Source: the human T2T-CHM13v2.0 reference genome, Homo sapiens. Taken from it: a DNA stretch of 64,000 bases. The position numbers and the translations under genes were made by a program. The stretch lies in assembly GCF_009914755.1 (NCBI RefSeq), contig NC_060930.1. One strand, 5' to 3'. Numbering within the stretch: the stretch's first letter is position 1; each line of letters starts with the position of its first letter. This document shows positions 1 through 14,229 of this stretch, in pieces. Under the pieces are notes generated by a model. The model ran no database searches, was not told where the DNA came from, and was given only the letters and a program-made list of their open reading frames with translations.

Positions 1-732
1 CAACAGATAGATGAATAAGCCTGGGTATGGTACAGTAAAAAATTACTTACAAAAACAGGCAGCAAGTCCATGGCCATAATTTGTTGACTTCTGCTATAGG
101 ACATCTGTTTTTAACTTTACTAACAAGTATATTGTTTTAATAAATACTATAAATTTTGAAATAAGATGTCTGGGATTTGCTTTAAAATACTTCATATTTT
201 TTTAAAAAGGGAGAGTAGGGAGAAAGGTTAAATAAGACTGGAAAAACACAATTATTGTTAAAGCCAGATTATGGATATATAGGTTTCATTACACTGTAAG
301 TTTGAAAATTCCCAAATTAAAAGTTTTAAAAATACAAAGTAAATCAATGAACCAGCTCTACAGAAAATGAATTTTTTCACCTTATTCTAAACCTTTTAAA
401 ACATGCTTAGTATTTTTAAACATAATTAACATAACACAACATAAAATATTCTTAATATAAAGCCACTAAACTATAATGAAAAAAATTAAACTAATCCACA
501 AAAATGTATATAAGCATAAACACTTATAATTTTCCATAATTTAAAATATAGGCTCACTTCACGCAGTTGCTAAATATGTCAAATTTATTGGCATCTCATC
601 TGAAAGGTGTAATCAATTTTTGGCTTTAGAATATTTTTATAAGAAATATATTATTTATATTAACATATAACAGGTTTACTACTTTTCAAGTTAATGCATA
701 AATTTCTTTCTTTTTAAATTCTAAGTAATTCT

Positions 733-935
733 GGCCAACATGGCGAAACCCTGTCTCTACTAAAAATACAAAAATTAGCCGGGTGTGGTGGCATACCTCT
801 GTAATCTCAGCTACTTGGGAGGCTGAGGCAGGAAAACCGCTTCAACCTAGGAAGTGAAGGTTGCAGTGAGCCAAGATTGTGCCACTGCACTACAGCCTGG
901 GCAACAGAGTGAGACTCTGTCTCAAAAAAAAAAAA
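733..935 (+). mobile_element. 5'-truncated Alu (AluS-like)
   Basis: Starts at tggccaacatggcg, has an A tail, flanked by aaattctaa(g/c)taat TSD. Confidence 0.9.
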
Positions 936-2008
936 TTTAATAATAAATTCTAACTAATAAATATTAATAGATATAACCCTCATAAACAAATATTCTTCAG
1001 GATCTTCAATGATTAAAAGTATAAAAGGATCCTAAGGCCAAAAAGTTTGAGAGCTCCTGAACTAAGTGTTTTCAATATTGTATAAAGTAAGTTGATCATG
1101 CAATTATAAGACATCTGCTCAAACTCATTTTACCTTTTAACAGTAATCATCACATAGTGACGTTAATTCAACTATGAAGGCTATCAATTTAGCCACAAGA
1201 GGAAGACACTTAAACCTTCAACAGATATATTCTTTTCAACTACCTGTTAAGTCATGAATAATGTATCCACAGGAAAAGAAGAGCACTATAATATCTTGCC
1301 CCCCACCTTATACAGACAAAATTGTCTCCTGAACCAATATAATGAAAAACTACTATGTGTCAACAGACATTTCTAATAAATATGCTACCTCTTATCAAAT
1401 CAAGAGATATAGTTTCACTTAATGCAAGAAACCAGAAATCAAGATGAACAGAGCCTTAAGAAATCTTAATGACTCTGCAATTTCCCAAAGATTGAATACA
1501 TGTTTTTCAAATGCTCTAAGTTTTTCCCCAATGCTCTGAAACACAGTGATTTCAAATATTATCAGAACTAAAAACTAATTTAAATTAGGCTTACTGAATT
1601 ATTACAAGAGTTGAGAAAAACTAAGAACTTCCATGTGAAAACATTTCAACTGTCCAAGAATATAATCAGTCTCAAAATTTCCTAAATCTATAAACTAGAA
1701 TAGAAATAAACAATACATAACACAGACTCAGGCAAATAATTAGAGCAATTGTGTCCACCTGATTATTCATTCTATCATTTATAAAGATGAACTAATACTC
1801 ATTTTTCAAATACAGTACCACTGTAGCATTTTTAACCAATTTTGCCTCTACATATGGCAATTTAAAATGTTACCACAGTATTTCATTTTTACTTGATTAA
1901 TAACAAATTATTTCCAAGTTAAGTTTTATAAATGTTGTTATGTCTATTGTCTTTCAACATGAATAAATTTAAAATAGTAATAGCAATAGCATGCAGGGAC
2001 ATACTTAC

Positions 2009-2109
2009 ATCATACTCTGTAATTCTGTTGCAAAGCTTATAGACTTCCCTGTACTCCTTCCACTACTTGAAGTTGCAGTAGACATTGGACTAGCTGCCGT
2101 ATTATTCAT
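2009..2109 (-). CDS. SUPT3H: SUPT3H first coding exon (SPT3 homolog, SAGA/STAGA subunit); gene continues off the left end of the window
   Basis: Reverse complement reads ttttatttag|ATGAATAATACGGCAGCTAGTCCA...CAGAGTATGAT|gtaagt = [33 protein letters not shown](M), the SUPT3H N-terminus. 101-nt exon with canonical AG/GT. Too short to appear in the ORF track. Confidence 0.96.
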
Positions 2110-2409
2110 CTAAATAAAAAGGAGAAATAAAGCTTACAAAATGTACCTAGCTATAAGTAAATGCAAAAAAAAAAGAAAGCAAATATAAATTACTTCAAAA
2201 AGTAGAGAAAATTTAAATTTCTGATTTGTTTTGCACAAAACTGATTCACTTATACTTAATGTTCTTTATTAAAATGAAATAGCAAGGTGGAAAAAAACTA
2301 GTCAAGTAAGATGTCAGCCAATTACTCACTTCAGTGATAAATACTTTAGCACCTATTTTACAATAGGTAATGTAAAAACAGTATTTATTAACATATTTTA
2401 CTAGAGCTC

Positions 2410-2620
2410 ATTGGTTTTCAAAATGTGCTTCAGGGAGCCCTACGGTTCATCAGCAATGCTTCAGGGCATTCTAGATGGACCCCAAGCACAACACACTCCC
2501 AGTTTCATTCAGGCCACGGAACAACCCTGATTTTTCTAGTTGATATATGAAGGTTCCAAGTAAGATCTCATTTAAAGAAACAATTCCACAGCTGAAAGAT
2601 ACAAAATTAGAAAACTACAG
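2410..2620. mobile_element. hAT-Charlie MER (MER103-like)
   Basis: ggttttcaaaatgtgcttcagggagccc...tttaaagaaacaattccacagctgaaa resembles MER103 by recall. Confidence 0.5.
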
Positions 2621-3074
2621 CATAATCTAAATCCTATTTGAACAAAAGCCTAAAATACAAATAATAATGTCAATCGGTAGATCAAAAGCATTATGATATT
2701 TTATAATCCTATGGGTAAATAACTTACTCAATTTTAAATGTGACATTTTTCCCAATAAAATTAAGGTGATGCATAATGATAAAGTGGGTGCCAATCCTAA
2801 TGTATGACATTTTATTTAATGCATTAAAAAAATTGGCAAGATTTAGTCAAAGTAACATTAAAATAATGTCATGAAAGTAGGTAAACCCTCATCTATTACA
2901 CTATTATACTGGAAGTGCTCAATAAACATTAGTTATTATTTCATATGCTTGCATAAACTTTGCAAAGCTGTAATTTTCCTCAAAATATTTTTTGCAGTTT
3001 CTAAAGAAGAATGTAAGATATTTAGAACATATGATAAAGTAAAGCAGTGCAGAGGACTTTCAGTAAACTAAGAG

Positions 3075-3297
3075 GGCAGGTTCTGGGGTCAGACTGCCTA
3101 GATTTGAATCCCAGCTCCGCTCCTTTGCTAAGACTTTGGGCAAGTTACCTAACTTCTCTGTGCTTCAGTTTCCTCATCTGTAATGGCAACGATAATCTCA
3201 CCTTCTTAGGGCTGTTGTGAGAATTAAATGAATACATACAAAAATTTAGAGCAGTACTGATAGCACACAGTGGATACACAATAAATGTTAGCTATTG
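3075..3297. mobile_element. MIR
   Basis: tttgaatcccagctccgc...gggcaagttacctaacttctctgtgcttcagtttcctcatctgtaa MIR core. Confidence 0.85.
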
Positions 3298-5949
3298 TAA
3301 TAAGCAGACCTTAAGAACTCCCTCTTCCGTTAAAGGGGAAAGTTAAAGAAGAAAAAAGAATTCCCCTCCTTTATCTGCTAAAAACTTTTATATAAATTTA
3401 GATGTATTACCCTTTTTTTCACAATCAGGCAAGTTTTTAAAACTTAAACATTTTTACTAAAAGACCTCTATGCAACTAAACAAATACTAAGTAGCTTCTT
3501 TATAAGTTGAGTTTTCACTGATGACATCACTACAACTACTAGTCACTTGGGCTCAAAGTCTCAGTCACTACCTTTGACTCCTTCTCCTGCACCCTACAAT
3601 TTGTAAGAAGTCAAGTAAATTCTACTTTCTGTATGTTCTCAGACCCTTCCCCTCTTGTCCTACGGCTATGGCCTTCTAAAAACTCTTAGCTACATCTTCT
3701 ATCTCCATCTCAGTTCATTCTCCATACTGCTGCCAAATTTATCTTCTTAATATATCTTTCTAATCTAACCACTCCTGTGGGTAATGATAAAATTCATAAA
3801 GGGAATCTAAACCAGGGTCACTTACCAAGGGCTGAGATGGAAGGGCTGGGCCCCACGAAAGAAGGTTGGGGAAAAAAAGCTACTACAAATCACTGATGGA
3901 GATAGGCTTTATTTGAAGCTTTTGAGAAGGCGACAGGACACAGATCTAAGGCAAGCAGCACACTAGCTAGGTGACTAGGTTTGGAATATCCCAATATCCC
4001 TCTGGTCTAGTCTGAGGGCCCTAACAGCCAGGCCAAAACCACTATACCAAGAAGGCAAGAGCACAAAAAGCGAAGGAAAACAAAAACGTTCCACTTAAAC
4101 TGAGCCCGAAAACCAAAATTCTAAAACATATGAAGAACATAATGCTAAGAAAGACCATCGCTTTTTTTAAGCCTAAATTTGTGCCATTGTTTAAAAAGAC
4201 TTTTGGAATAAGTACTTTTCTCTACAAATAACACAGGAAAAGAAACATAACCATTTGAGACTCGGATTAAAAAAAAAAATCACAAGTCCAAGACTGGGGG
4301 AAAACAGGAAACAAAGGACTTCCCTAAATAGTCCTGCAGAATTGGGACAAAATGCGAAAAAAAGGAGCCTGGATTTCTCAAAGACCTCAGGAAATGTTCC
4401 CTTGTCTCAATAGAAGGCTGACAGAGCTATCTTCGAGAACATGTTAAACTCAAAGAGTAAGTAGTAACCCCAGCCTCCAGAAAGTTATGATTTGAGTTGA
4501 CTTGTCTGATTTGACAGACATGCCATTCCATGGGATTATCCTATGGTCAAATGTCCTGAGACACTGCTGGAGCAATCTGCTCCTTTTTCATTTTCAAATC
4601 CAGTCACCAAACCTAGTTTATTATAACCATGATCATCCTTTCACAGTCAAGTCAATTTTTATATCAAACAGGTGAATAACATTTTTCTTGACATGATGAG
4701 CTGATAGGTCATTAGACTCTTTAAAATAATTATTTCCCATACCCACATTGTTTGATTTAGATAATTAACTTCTTTTGACATTAACTTCTTTACACATCAA
4801 AGTCCTATCATTCCAATGCTCTATTTCCTTTCTTCTAGACATTAAAAAAGAAAAGTCTGTTAAAAGCAGAAGCACTCAAGTCAATTTTCACTAATAAATA
4901 CAGTTACTGTGGAACTGAAAACCTACTGTAATCTTTTCAATGGGTTAATGTCCTGCAGTTGTTTCAGCTTTCAATTGAAAATGCATCTGTTTGCCATATT
5001 TTACAAAATGAATTCAGATGTGCAGATTGGGACCTAGATTATTTCAACATGCCAGAGTTTAAATGTGAACCCAAGGAATAAGTTCATATCTGATTAATAG
5101 TATTTAAACCTGATCATTAAGCTAATAGCTAATATTATAACACACCTGTAAAACTGTGTTCCAGAGAAGAAAAATTGGCATTTACCTTTCAATTTAAAAT
5201 GAAGGAATTTAAGGATGCACGCCTTTCCTCAGAAAATATTGCTATCAAAAAAAAAGTTTTAATTGTAGTGAAGTTAATCACAAAAAGTGAGTTAAACAAA
5301 ATGCACTGAACATGCTACTGGGTTTCTAGTTAGATCTCATATTTTGGGGGACTAAATGACCACAGAAGAAATACCATGAAACATCTTTAAGCTTAAAAGA
5401 CCTCAAATTGTTGAGAACCTTATTACTAGTTTCTGCACCCTCCAAACATCATCAAAATCTGGACTGTGAAAACTATCAGTCAATCCACTAAAAGAGAGAA
5501 GTTTTAATCTTTTCTTCTATATTGCTGAAGAAAACTATTTCAGCAGACCTATGTACTGATTTTGAGCATCTACAGAGTCTCAATTCTAATGATAACCTGA
5601 ACATCTCACATAATATAAATTAATAGAAAACTTTTATAATTAGAACATTTTTATTTTCATAAAATTCCAAAGGCAGGAAACAATTATGGTTAAGCCAACA
5701 CTATTATGCACTGAGTTTTCGTTTTGTTGTTTAAAAAAATAATCAGGTTACATCATGATCTAAATTTCTTCTGATGTGAAAAATAATACCAAATGGTCAA
5801 TCACTGAGAATGAAAAAAATTAAAAATTAAATACATAAAATATCTATAAAAACTTCTAGACCTAGTGTTTAGAATAACACAAAGGTAATCTCAATATATT
5901 AATATATGCCCCATTTTAAGTGGACTTTGGAAGGTATTAAAAAGCCTGG

Positions 5950-7280
5950 TTTATAAACTTATCTCAAATCAGTCACACCTGACCTCCCCAGCCTCCTTTT
6001 CTACCACAGTCAAATCAAACTTTCACTATCTCCAGAACCATTCCATGTTCTTTTGAACCTTTACCCCTACAGTTCTCTCTACTTGCAATACCTTTTGAAA
6101 CAATACAGTATCTCTCAACCTACCCAAACTCTACTGACCTAAGCCCATCTCCAAGAAACCTTCCCAGATATGTAAACAAAAGAAATTCTTTCTCTGACAT
6201 CTAATTATTTTAGTTTATATTAGTTTAATATTAAATTACTTTAGTGCATACTAATTATTTTTGTTGAATGAGCCTCTGTCCCACAGTGAATCCCTCCCCT
6301 AGCTATGGACAGTTGACATCATCTTCTACTTCCAGAGAAATAAAAAGCTATCATTTAGTCATTCCCTCCACTCTCCTCCACCAAAGACAGTGTATCGTAT
6401 CCTCCCTTAATTCCCTCCTCTTATAATAAAGACACACTCTTATTTAAAGCCAACACCACCAGTGCTTTGGATTCTTCATATCTAAGTATTTACGGGGCAC
6501 CTACTACAGGCCAAACACCGTTCTAAGAGGTAGGGATATAGTAGTGACTAAGTCAGACAAAAAGAAATACATTATAATGCAAGAGACAAGCACATAAACA
6601 AATATAATTTGAGGAAATAACAAATACTATGAAATCAAAAAAACAAGTTGATTTCAACTGGGAGGTGGCATTTAATATAAGATCTGGGAGGGAGCTCTGG
6701 AGAACTTCCCAACAGAAAGAACAGCAAAGTACCAAAATCCTGTGGCCAGTGTGGCTAGAAAGATATGAACACAGGGGTAGCAAGAGGGCAGATCTTATAA
6801 AGCCTTTAGGCCACAGGAGTTTACATTTCACTTGAGTGTAATGTGAAGCTATTAGAGAATTTTGAAAAGGGAAGTTACTTGAAATGTTTTAGGTTTAAAA
6901 AGATAACTCCAGCAGCTGGGAGAATATACTATATGGAAGCAAGAGTGCAATCAAGAAGACCAGTTAGGAAGTTATTGAGGTTGTGCAGACAAGAGATGAC
7001 AGTGGGTTGAATTAGTTTAACAAGCGGAGATGATGAGAAGTGGTCAGATTTCTGGAATACATTTTGAAAGCAGAACTGATTTGCTGATGGATTACACGTG
7101 GGGTGTGAGAGAAGCGCAGTCAAGGATGACCGAATTCTGGAGCCTTAGAAACTGGTTGAATGGTGGTGCCATTTACTGAGATCCAGAAGACTGGGAAGGA
7201 AAAAAAAAACAGTTCAGTTGGGCCTATGTTAAGTTTGAGACAACTATTAGACATTCAAGTGGAGATTTTAAAAAGCTGCA
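5950..7280. mobile_element. Cluster of L2 fragments
   Basis: aagtatttacggggcacctactacaggcca, gtggtgccatttactgagat and other L2 3'-region motifs. Confidence 0.7.
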
Positions 7281-9446
7281 GAAGCTTTGTGAGAGATGTT
7301 GTAAAGCAGAAAACTGAAATAAAAGCCATGGTCACAAGATTTTTGTTAAGGATAATTAATCAATATAATAGAACTTTGTATAAGGATATAAGGATCAACT
7401 AATCTCATAAGTTCAGTTTCTCTGTCAGGAATAATTTATCTCACAGGAATCCATATAATGGGCACTAAAAAAAATCTGAATTGAAAATATCAAAACACCC
7501 TGTAAACATGAAAACTACCCCCATCCTTTCTCTCTGGATGATAAACAGCTAAAACTGTGCAGCATTACATATCCTACCTGAGCATCTTTTTGAACAGACA
7601 TAGGAGCCCAGTGATAGACTGCTCCGAGACACAGGAGTTTCTAGCATATCCTCCTTCTTTAGTCTCACATTAAGTTTCTATTCCATATGCTTTCATATCC
7701 AGTACTCTCACAGAAAAATTGAGTTTAAAAAAAAAATTTCTTTGCAAAAACAGTCCCTAAGGTGCACTGCAAATGCGCCTATCAGATTATCCTTAAGCCC
7801 TGACAAATGGCACATAGCACACTTACTTTTCCAACATTAAAACACTGTTGTTCTTACACAAACTTAATTAAAGAGTTACTTAATGGTTAACTTTTGAGAT
7901 ATGTGGAAGATTTTGGCAGCAATTATACTCCTAACAGTAAGAGGTAAGTGTATTTGACAAACATGTCAAAAAAATAAGCAGCTCCCTTAAAAATCAAAAC
8001 TCTCTTCCAGTCTAGAGTCACATTTCAGAAATATTAAAGCTTATGAGAATTCTGCATTAAACATAAACAATTTACAAAATATCTGATGTGTTTAAAAACA
8101 GTTTATGTGACCAAAAAGAAAAAGGACTGGGGGATTTACTGTAGGCATGTAAAAAATAGAGGAATTTGGAGTTTATAAAGGGTACTTCACCAGTATTAGC
8201 TCACTTTTTTTTTTTTTTTTTTCACAATTACCCTACAAGACAAGTATTCTCCCTCTACCAATGAGGAAACTAAGACTGGCTGAAGGTCACAAATCCAATA
8301 AACAACAGGCTTTGATCCCAGATAGCAGATAACCTGAAATATTCAGGCCATTTAGATATACTATGTTTTAATAACAATCCTCTCATTTTAGTGCTTTAGT
8401 TTTTTCATTAGTAAAAGATCTCTATCTCCTAAAACACTAAAATATTGTGAAATTAACTGAAAAGTTGTAAACATAGCAGTCAGGGGACTTACATGGTCAT
8501 TAAGTTATCTTGGAGACTGATGACTTTAAACACTCAGTTAAGAAATTCTTTGTTTAAAAGAAAATCTTAGGTAGATGGATAAGCAACTATAACAGACAAA
8601 CATATATGCAAATTGGTGGGAGGGAACCAAAGACATCTGAGCAGACTTCAGAACTACAGTTTGAAAATCACTAATTTCCTCCAAATCCCTCATTTTTCAG
8701 GTGAGGAACTGAAGTCCAGAGGGGTTTCTTGAACTGCCCAAGGACACACTACTATTTAGTGATACAAGCTGGGACTAAAACTGAGGTCCCCCGACACCTG
8801 GTCCAGAGTTCTTTCTACTATACATCAAAGAATATACAAATAAAAGTTTATCATAACTAACCCAAAAGGCCTCCACAATGTGTATGTCACAGTGAACTGT
8901 GTTGTGAAATATTAATATCTGACTATGCCAAACCACAATGGAAGCAGTAAAGAGCTAGGCTCTGGAGTTAAATTATAGGCTCTAACACTTACACATGACC
9001 TTGGGCAAGTTATGCCACCTCACTGCCTCAGTTCCCTCATCTCTAAAATGGAGATTAAAATTACTTCTCTTATAGGTTACATAAAATAACATACGTAAAG
9101 CCCTTAGTAAACCGCCTTGTACATATAAGGCATTTAGTTCATGCCGATGATGATGATTAACTCATGCAAAAGCATAGCTTCTTGAAAATATATCACAAAA
9201 GATTACTGTTAAACATGTATATTCTCAAAGAATGTTATGACTAAGAGTAGACCTTTAAAGACTAATATGAATAAAGTGAAATATACAGAATTCAGTCATA
9301 AAACCACTATAGCATTTAAATCAGCAAAAGTACATTTCAAGATTTTTTAATGATTTATATTTGTATGTTATTTTAGTTTATAAAGTATATTCACATAAAT
9401 TGTTTCAATTTACTGTCCTGTGAATTCAACAGCATCTTTTCAGTAA

Positions 9447-10056
<610 letters not shown>

Positions 10057-10357
10057 CGATTTTCATGTTCATTATCTTATTTAACCTTCACTACCCATTA
10101 ACTATGGGCCAGGTATTTTCAGAGGGAGAACTACAGTACAAAAAAGCCTCACAGACCAATTCTAGAAAGTAAGAGCCTCATTAGTATAACCTATTAGGTG
10201 GGAATATGTTTGGATAAATGAGATACAACGGAAGGAACACATCAAGTGCCCAAGAAAATGTTGGTTCTCCCTTAGCAGTAGTATGGGGTTGTTTTCCGTA
10301 GAAAATATATTGTGACCAGATCAAAAAAGCACCATTACTGTGACTTAAAATATTATT

Positions 10358-10665
10358 TGTGTGTGTGTGTGTGTGGTTTTTGAGACAGAGTATTGCTCTG
10401 TCGCCCAGGCTGGAGTGCAGTGCACGATCTCGGCTCACTGCAACCTCCGCCTCCCGGGTTCAAGCGATTCTCCTGCCTCAGCCTCCTGAGTACCTGGGAC
10501 TACAGGCATGCACCACCATGCCCGGCTAATTTTTTTGTAATTTTAGTAGAGACGGGGTTTCGCCATGTTGGCCAGTCTGGTCTCCAACTCCTGACATCAA
10601 GTGATCCACCCATCTCAGCCTCCCAAAGTGCTGGGATTACAGGTGTGAGCCACCACACCCAGCCT
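10358..10665 (-). mobile_element. Alu with (TG)n in its tail
   Basis: Full Alu on the minus strand; aatattatttgt on both flanks. Confidence 0.9.
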
Positions 10666-11681
10666 GTGACTTACAATATTATTTGTAAAAGAGAACTGTC
10701 TTCAGTAATAGTGCCTATTATACACTATCCATGCTGTTACACAAAATTTACACAACAATTTTTGCAGGTCACTCTTTAGTGGAGGCTGAAGGTAGACAAG
10801 ATGAGACAAAACCAATTCAATATAAAAATGTTTGTAAAGTAAGACGATAATTTTTAAATGTAATTCTCATTTGATGCCACCAACAGTCCTATGAGAAAGC
10901 GGGATGAGGATGGGTACTAATTCCATTTTACTGATAAGGAAATTGAGGCTCTGATATTAATAAGTTAAATACCTTAACTGAAATGACAAAAGAATGTGCC
11001 AGAAAAGGGCAAAAGCTAGGTTTACAGAATTGGGTCTTAGTGCTCTGTTCACCAACCCACATAACATCTCAGAACATTATTATCACTTCTAGATTATCCA
11101 ATAAACTTAAGGCTACAGCAGCTAATAGTTACTGAACTGCACACAACCCATCACATGAGTTATTTAAATTAACCTCTTATGAACCTAGAAGCAGATGCCA
11201 TTACCATCTTCATTTTATAAATGAGGAACCCAGTATTCTTAGGAAGATTAAATAATTTGTCCCAAATCACATGGTTAGGAAGCAGCAGAGCGAGAACTCA
11301 AATCAAGTGTTAGAGCCTCAATAAAATATTTTACCCACTTCAGTATAAACTTAATATAATAATGCATATGGCTGAATTAGTTTTCATTAAGTAAACTGTA
11401 AGCAAAACCCTTCTTTAACATTCTAATACATAATCAGATTTCTGACGGATTTCACTATTCAACCTCACCATAAAATAAAATCAGTGTTATTTCAACACAA
11501 ATACTCAATCACCTGATTTGACTGACATAGACTACCATGCAGTCACCCCCACCAAAAGATGATTTTCTTCCAGAGGGAACCAAAACTCAAGCTGCTAAAG
11601 GTTTATATTCAAAGCAAAATTTTAAAATTATCAGTGGCTTAAATGGGAAAGTCACTTGCTGGCCTTATTCCAGGTATCTTA

Positions 11682-12058
<377 letters not shown>

Positions 12059-12101
12059 TCATCCTAAAACTATATATTACAAGTCCCAACAAGGCTAACA
12101 G

Positions 12102-12238
12102 TAGGGTGACATTATGATGTGGTCCCAATTCGAACATTTTGATAGTGAAAGGGGTTCTATTAAATAAAATAATTGTGCTGGAACAATCAGGCTTTATACT
12201 ACGACTGTCTCAGAAAAATTAAGATACTATAGTCACCC
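12102..12238. mobile_element. hAT-Blackjack MITE (MER94/MER81-like)
   Basis: Terminal inverted repeats gggtgac...gtcaccc, about 135 bp. Confidence 0.6.
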
Positions 12239-13179
12239 ATAAAAGCACCCCATTCTGATTTGTATATTATGAGCTATTCTCTCCATCTGATTTAACTCGT
12301 GAGCTTTAAGTTATTGCTCCAGATCTAACAATTATCTTCAGCCTTAAGACCAAGAGCATCATTTTTTTTTTTAAAGAGACAAGGTCTCCCTCTGCAGCCC
12401 AGGCTGGAAGCCTGGCCTGACCATGATTCACTGCAGCCTTGAACTCCTAGGTTCAAGAGATCCTCTGGCCTCAGCCTCCCAAAGTGCTGGGATTACAAGC
12501 ATGAGCCAACGTGCCTGGCCCAAGGGCACCATTTTACAGACATCAGGCCAAGGTTAAGGGTGCTACCGCTACCTATAAAGGTTTTTTATTTGTTCTTTTA
12601 GTTTTATTTTCAAATTTGACTTTATATACACTTGCTTTAAAAAAAAAAAACAGATGCACATATTTCAAGTAAAGTAATTTTGTGAAACATCTATTACCTA
12701 ATTTCACTTATCTCTCCAAAAGATTTGGATAACCATAAAACTAGTTCTAAAATGTCCTAATGCTCAAGAGTTACAATTTTTCAAATCGCTTTATTACACA
12801 AAAGGTTAAAAAAGAAAAAAACTTGAATAAGAGCTGGAAACTTCTCACTGAAAAACCAACCAAAGTGGTAAAAGATAGCAGAAACCGACAATCACAAAAT
12901 AGTACAATAATGTTTAAAGAAAACTCCAGTTAATACTGTCATAGCTCTCTGAATCTGGCATTAGCTGTACAACCTAGGAGACAACGTTTTGCTTTAATTT
13001 GTCAAGATGTAAATAAGTACTAACAGACCCATGGTCTGAACTGCAGTATTTGAATGAAAGGCATTATTTGAATATAATTACAATTCCCTATGGCAATAAA
13101 TGTTCCAAAGAGCTGGCTTATCTGATTTAAAACTCAACCATATCAAGACTCGGAAGGACTCTCAAAATCTAAATTGTAG

Positions 13180-13405
13180 CCCTGTGCTGTCCAATGCAGT
13201 AGCTACCACTAGCCACATGTGGGTATTTAAACGTAAATCAATTTATTAATTTATGAATAAAATTAAAAATTAAGTTCCTCAGTGACACTTATCACATTTC
13301 AAGTGCTGAAGAGCCACTGTGCCTAGGCTACCACTAGTGCCTAAAGGCACAGATTATGGAACATCTCCATCAAGGCAGAAACTGCTAGTGAAAAGTGCAG
13401 CCCTA
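13180..13405. mobile_element. MER3-like hAT element
   Basis: ctgtgctgtccaat..agccacatgtgg..cacatttcaagtgct motifs. Confidence 0.75.
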
Positions 13406-13658
13406 GACTTAGGCATACTTCGCTCCAACGTCCCGAATATCCTGAGATAAGAAACTTTCCATAGCACAATGAAGAGCATTCCATTCTTGCAAAGTACTCT
13501 CACGAACTGTTTCTCATAGGCAAATTCAGCCTCTTTGAAACATTCACCAGAAATTCCCCAAGTTTTGTCCTTCAAGTAAATCTTTGCAGGGCGAATTTAA
13601 TTCCTCTTCCAGAGTCTGCCCTTCACATATACTAAGACCCCAGGTCCTCTCCTTCCAA

Positions 13659-13730
13659 ATACATACATACATATATACACATACATATACTTATATACAC
13701 ACATATGTATATACATATATATACACACAC
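13659..13730. repeat. (TA/TACA)n low-complexity microsatellite
   Basis: atacatacatacatatatacac... seen directly. Confidence 0.9.
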
Positions 13731-14229
13731 ATTTCTTTCTACCGAAATAACTTAACATTTCTATTAGCCTCTTGGAGAAATGCTAATTTATCCACGTGTA
13801 CAGTAATACTACGTCCAGGATCGTCTGAGTGTCAAATATTACATATCACTGTCTTCATAACTTCACTCTCACGTGTGAGACCAAGTGTCCTGATTCTCTG
13901 AGAAAATAAGGTCAGTCATTCTGAACACCTAAAACGTGGAGAGCAAAAGCAGAGCTAATATGTACTGAGCAGCACCTGGCGCTGTTCTAAGCGTTTAACG
14001 TGTATTTTCTCATATAATCCTCACAATTCTGAAATAGGCTATAAGATCGCCATTTTACAGACCAAAACAAGGCAAAGACAAGCTAAATAATTTCCCCAGG
14101 GGTCACAGACGTGAGCTCACCCCACAGAGAACACAGCGGATCTTTTCCTCTTTCTGGATGCTACACTCCCACTAACTACCTAACTCTTCTCTCGCCGTGC
14201 CATAAAGCAACAATTTCCCTCTTTAATGA

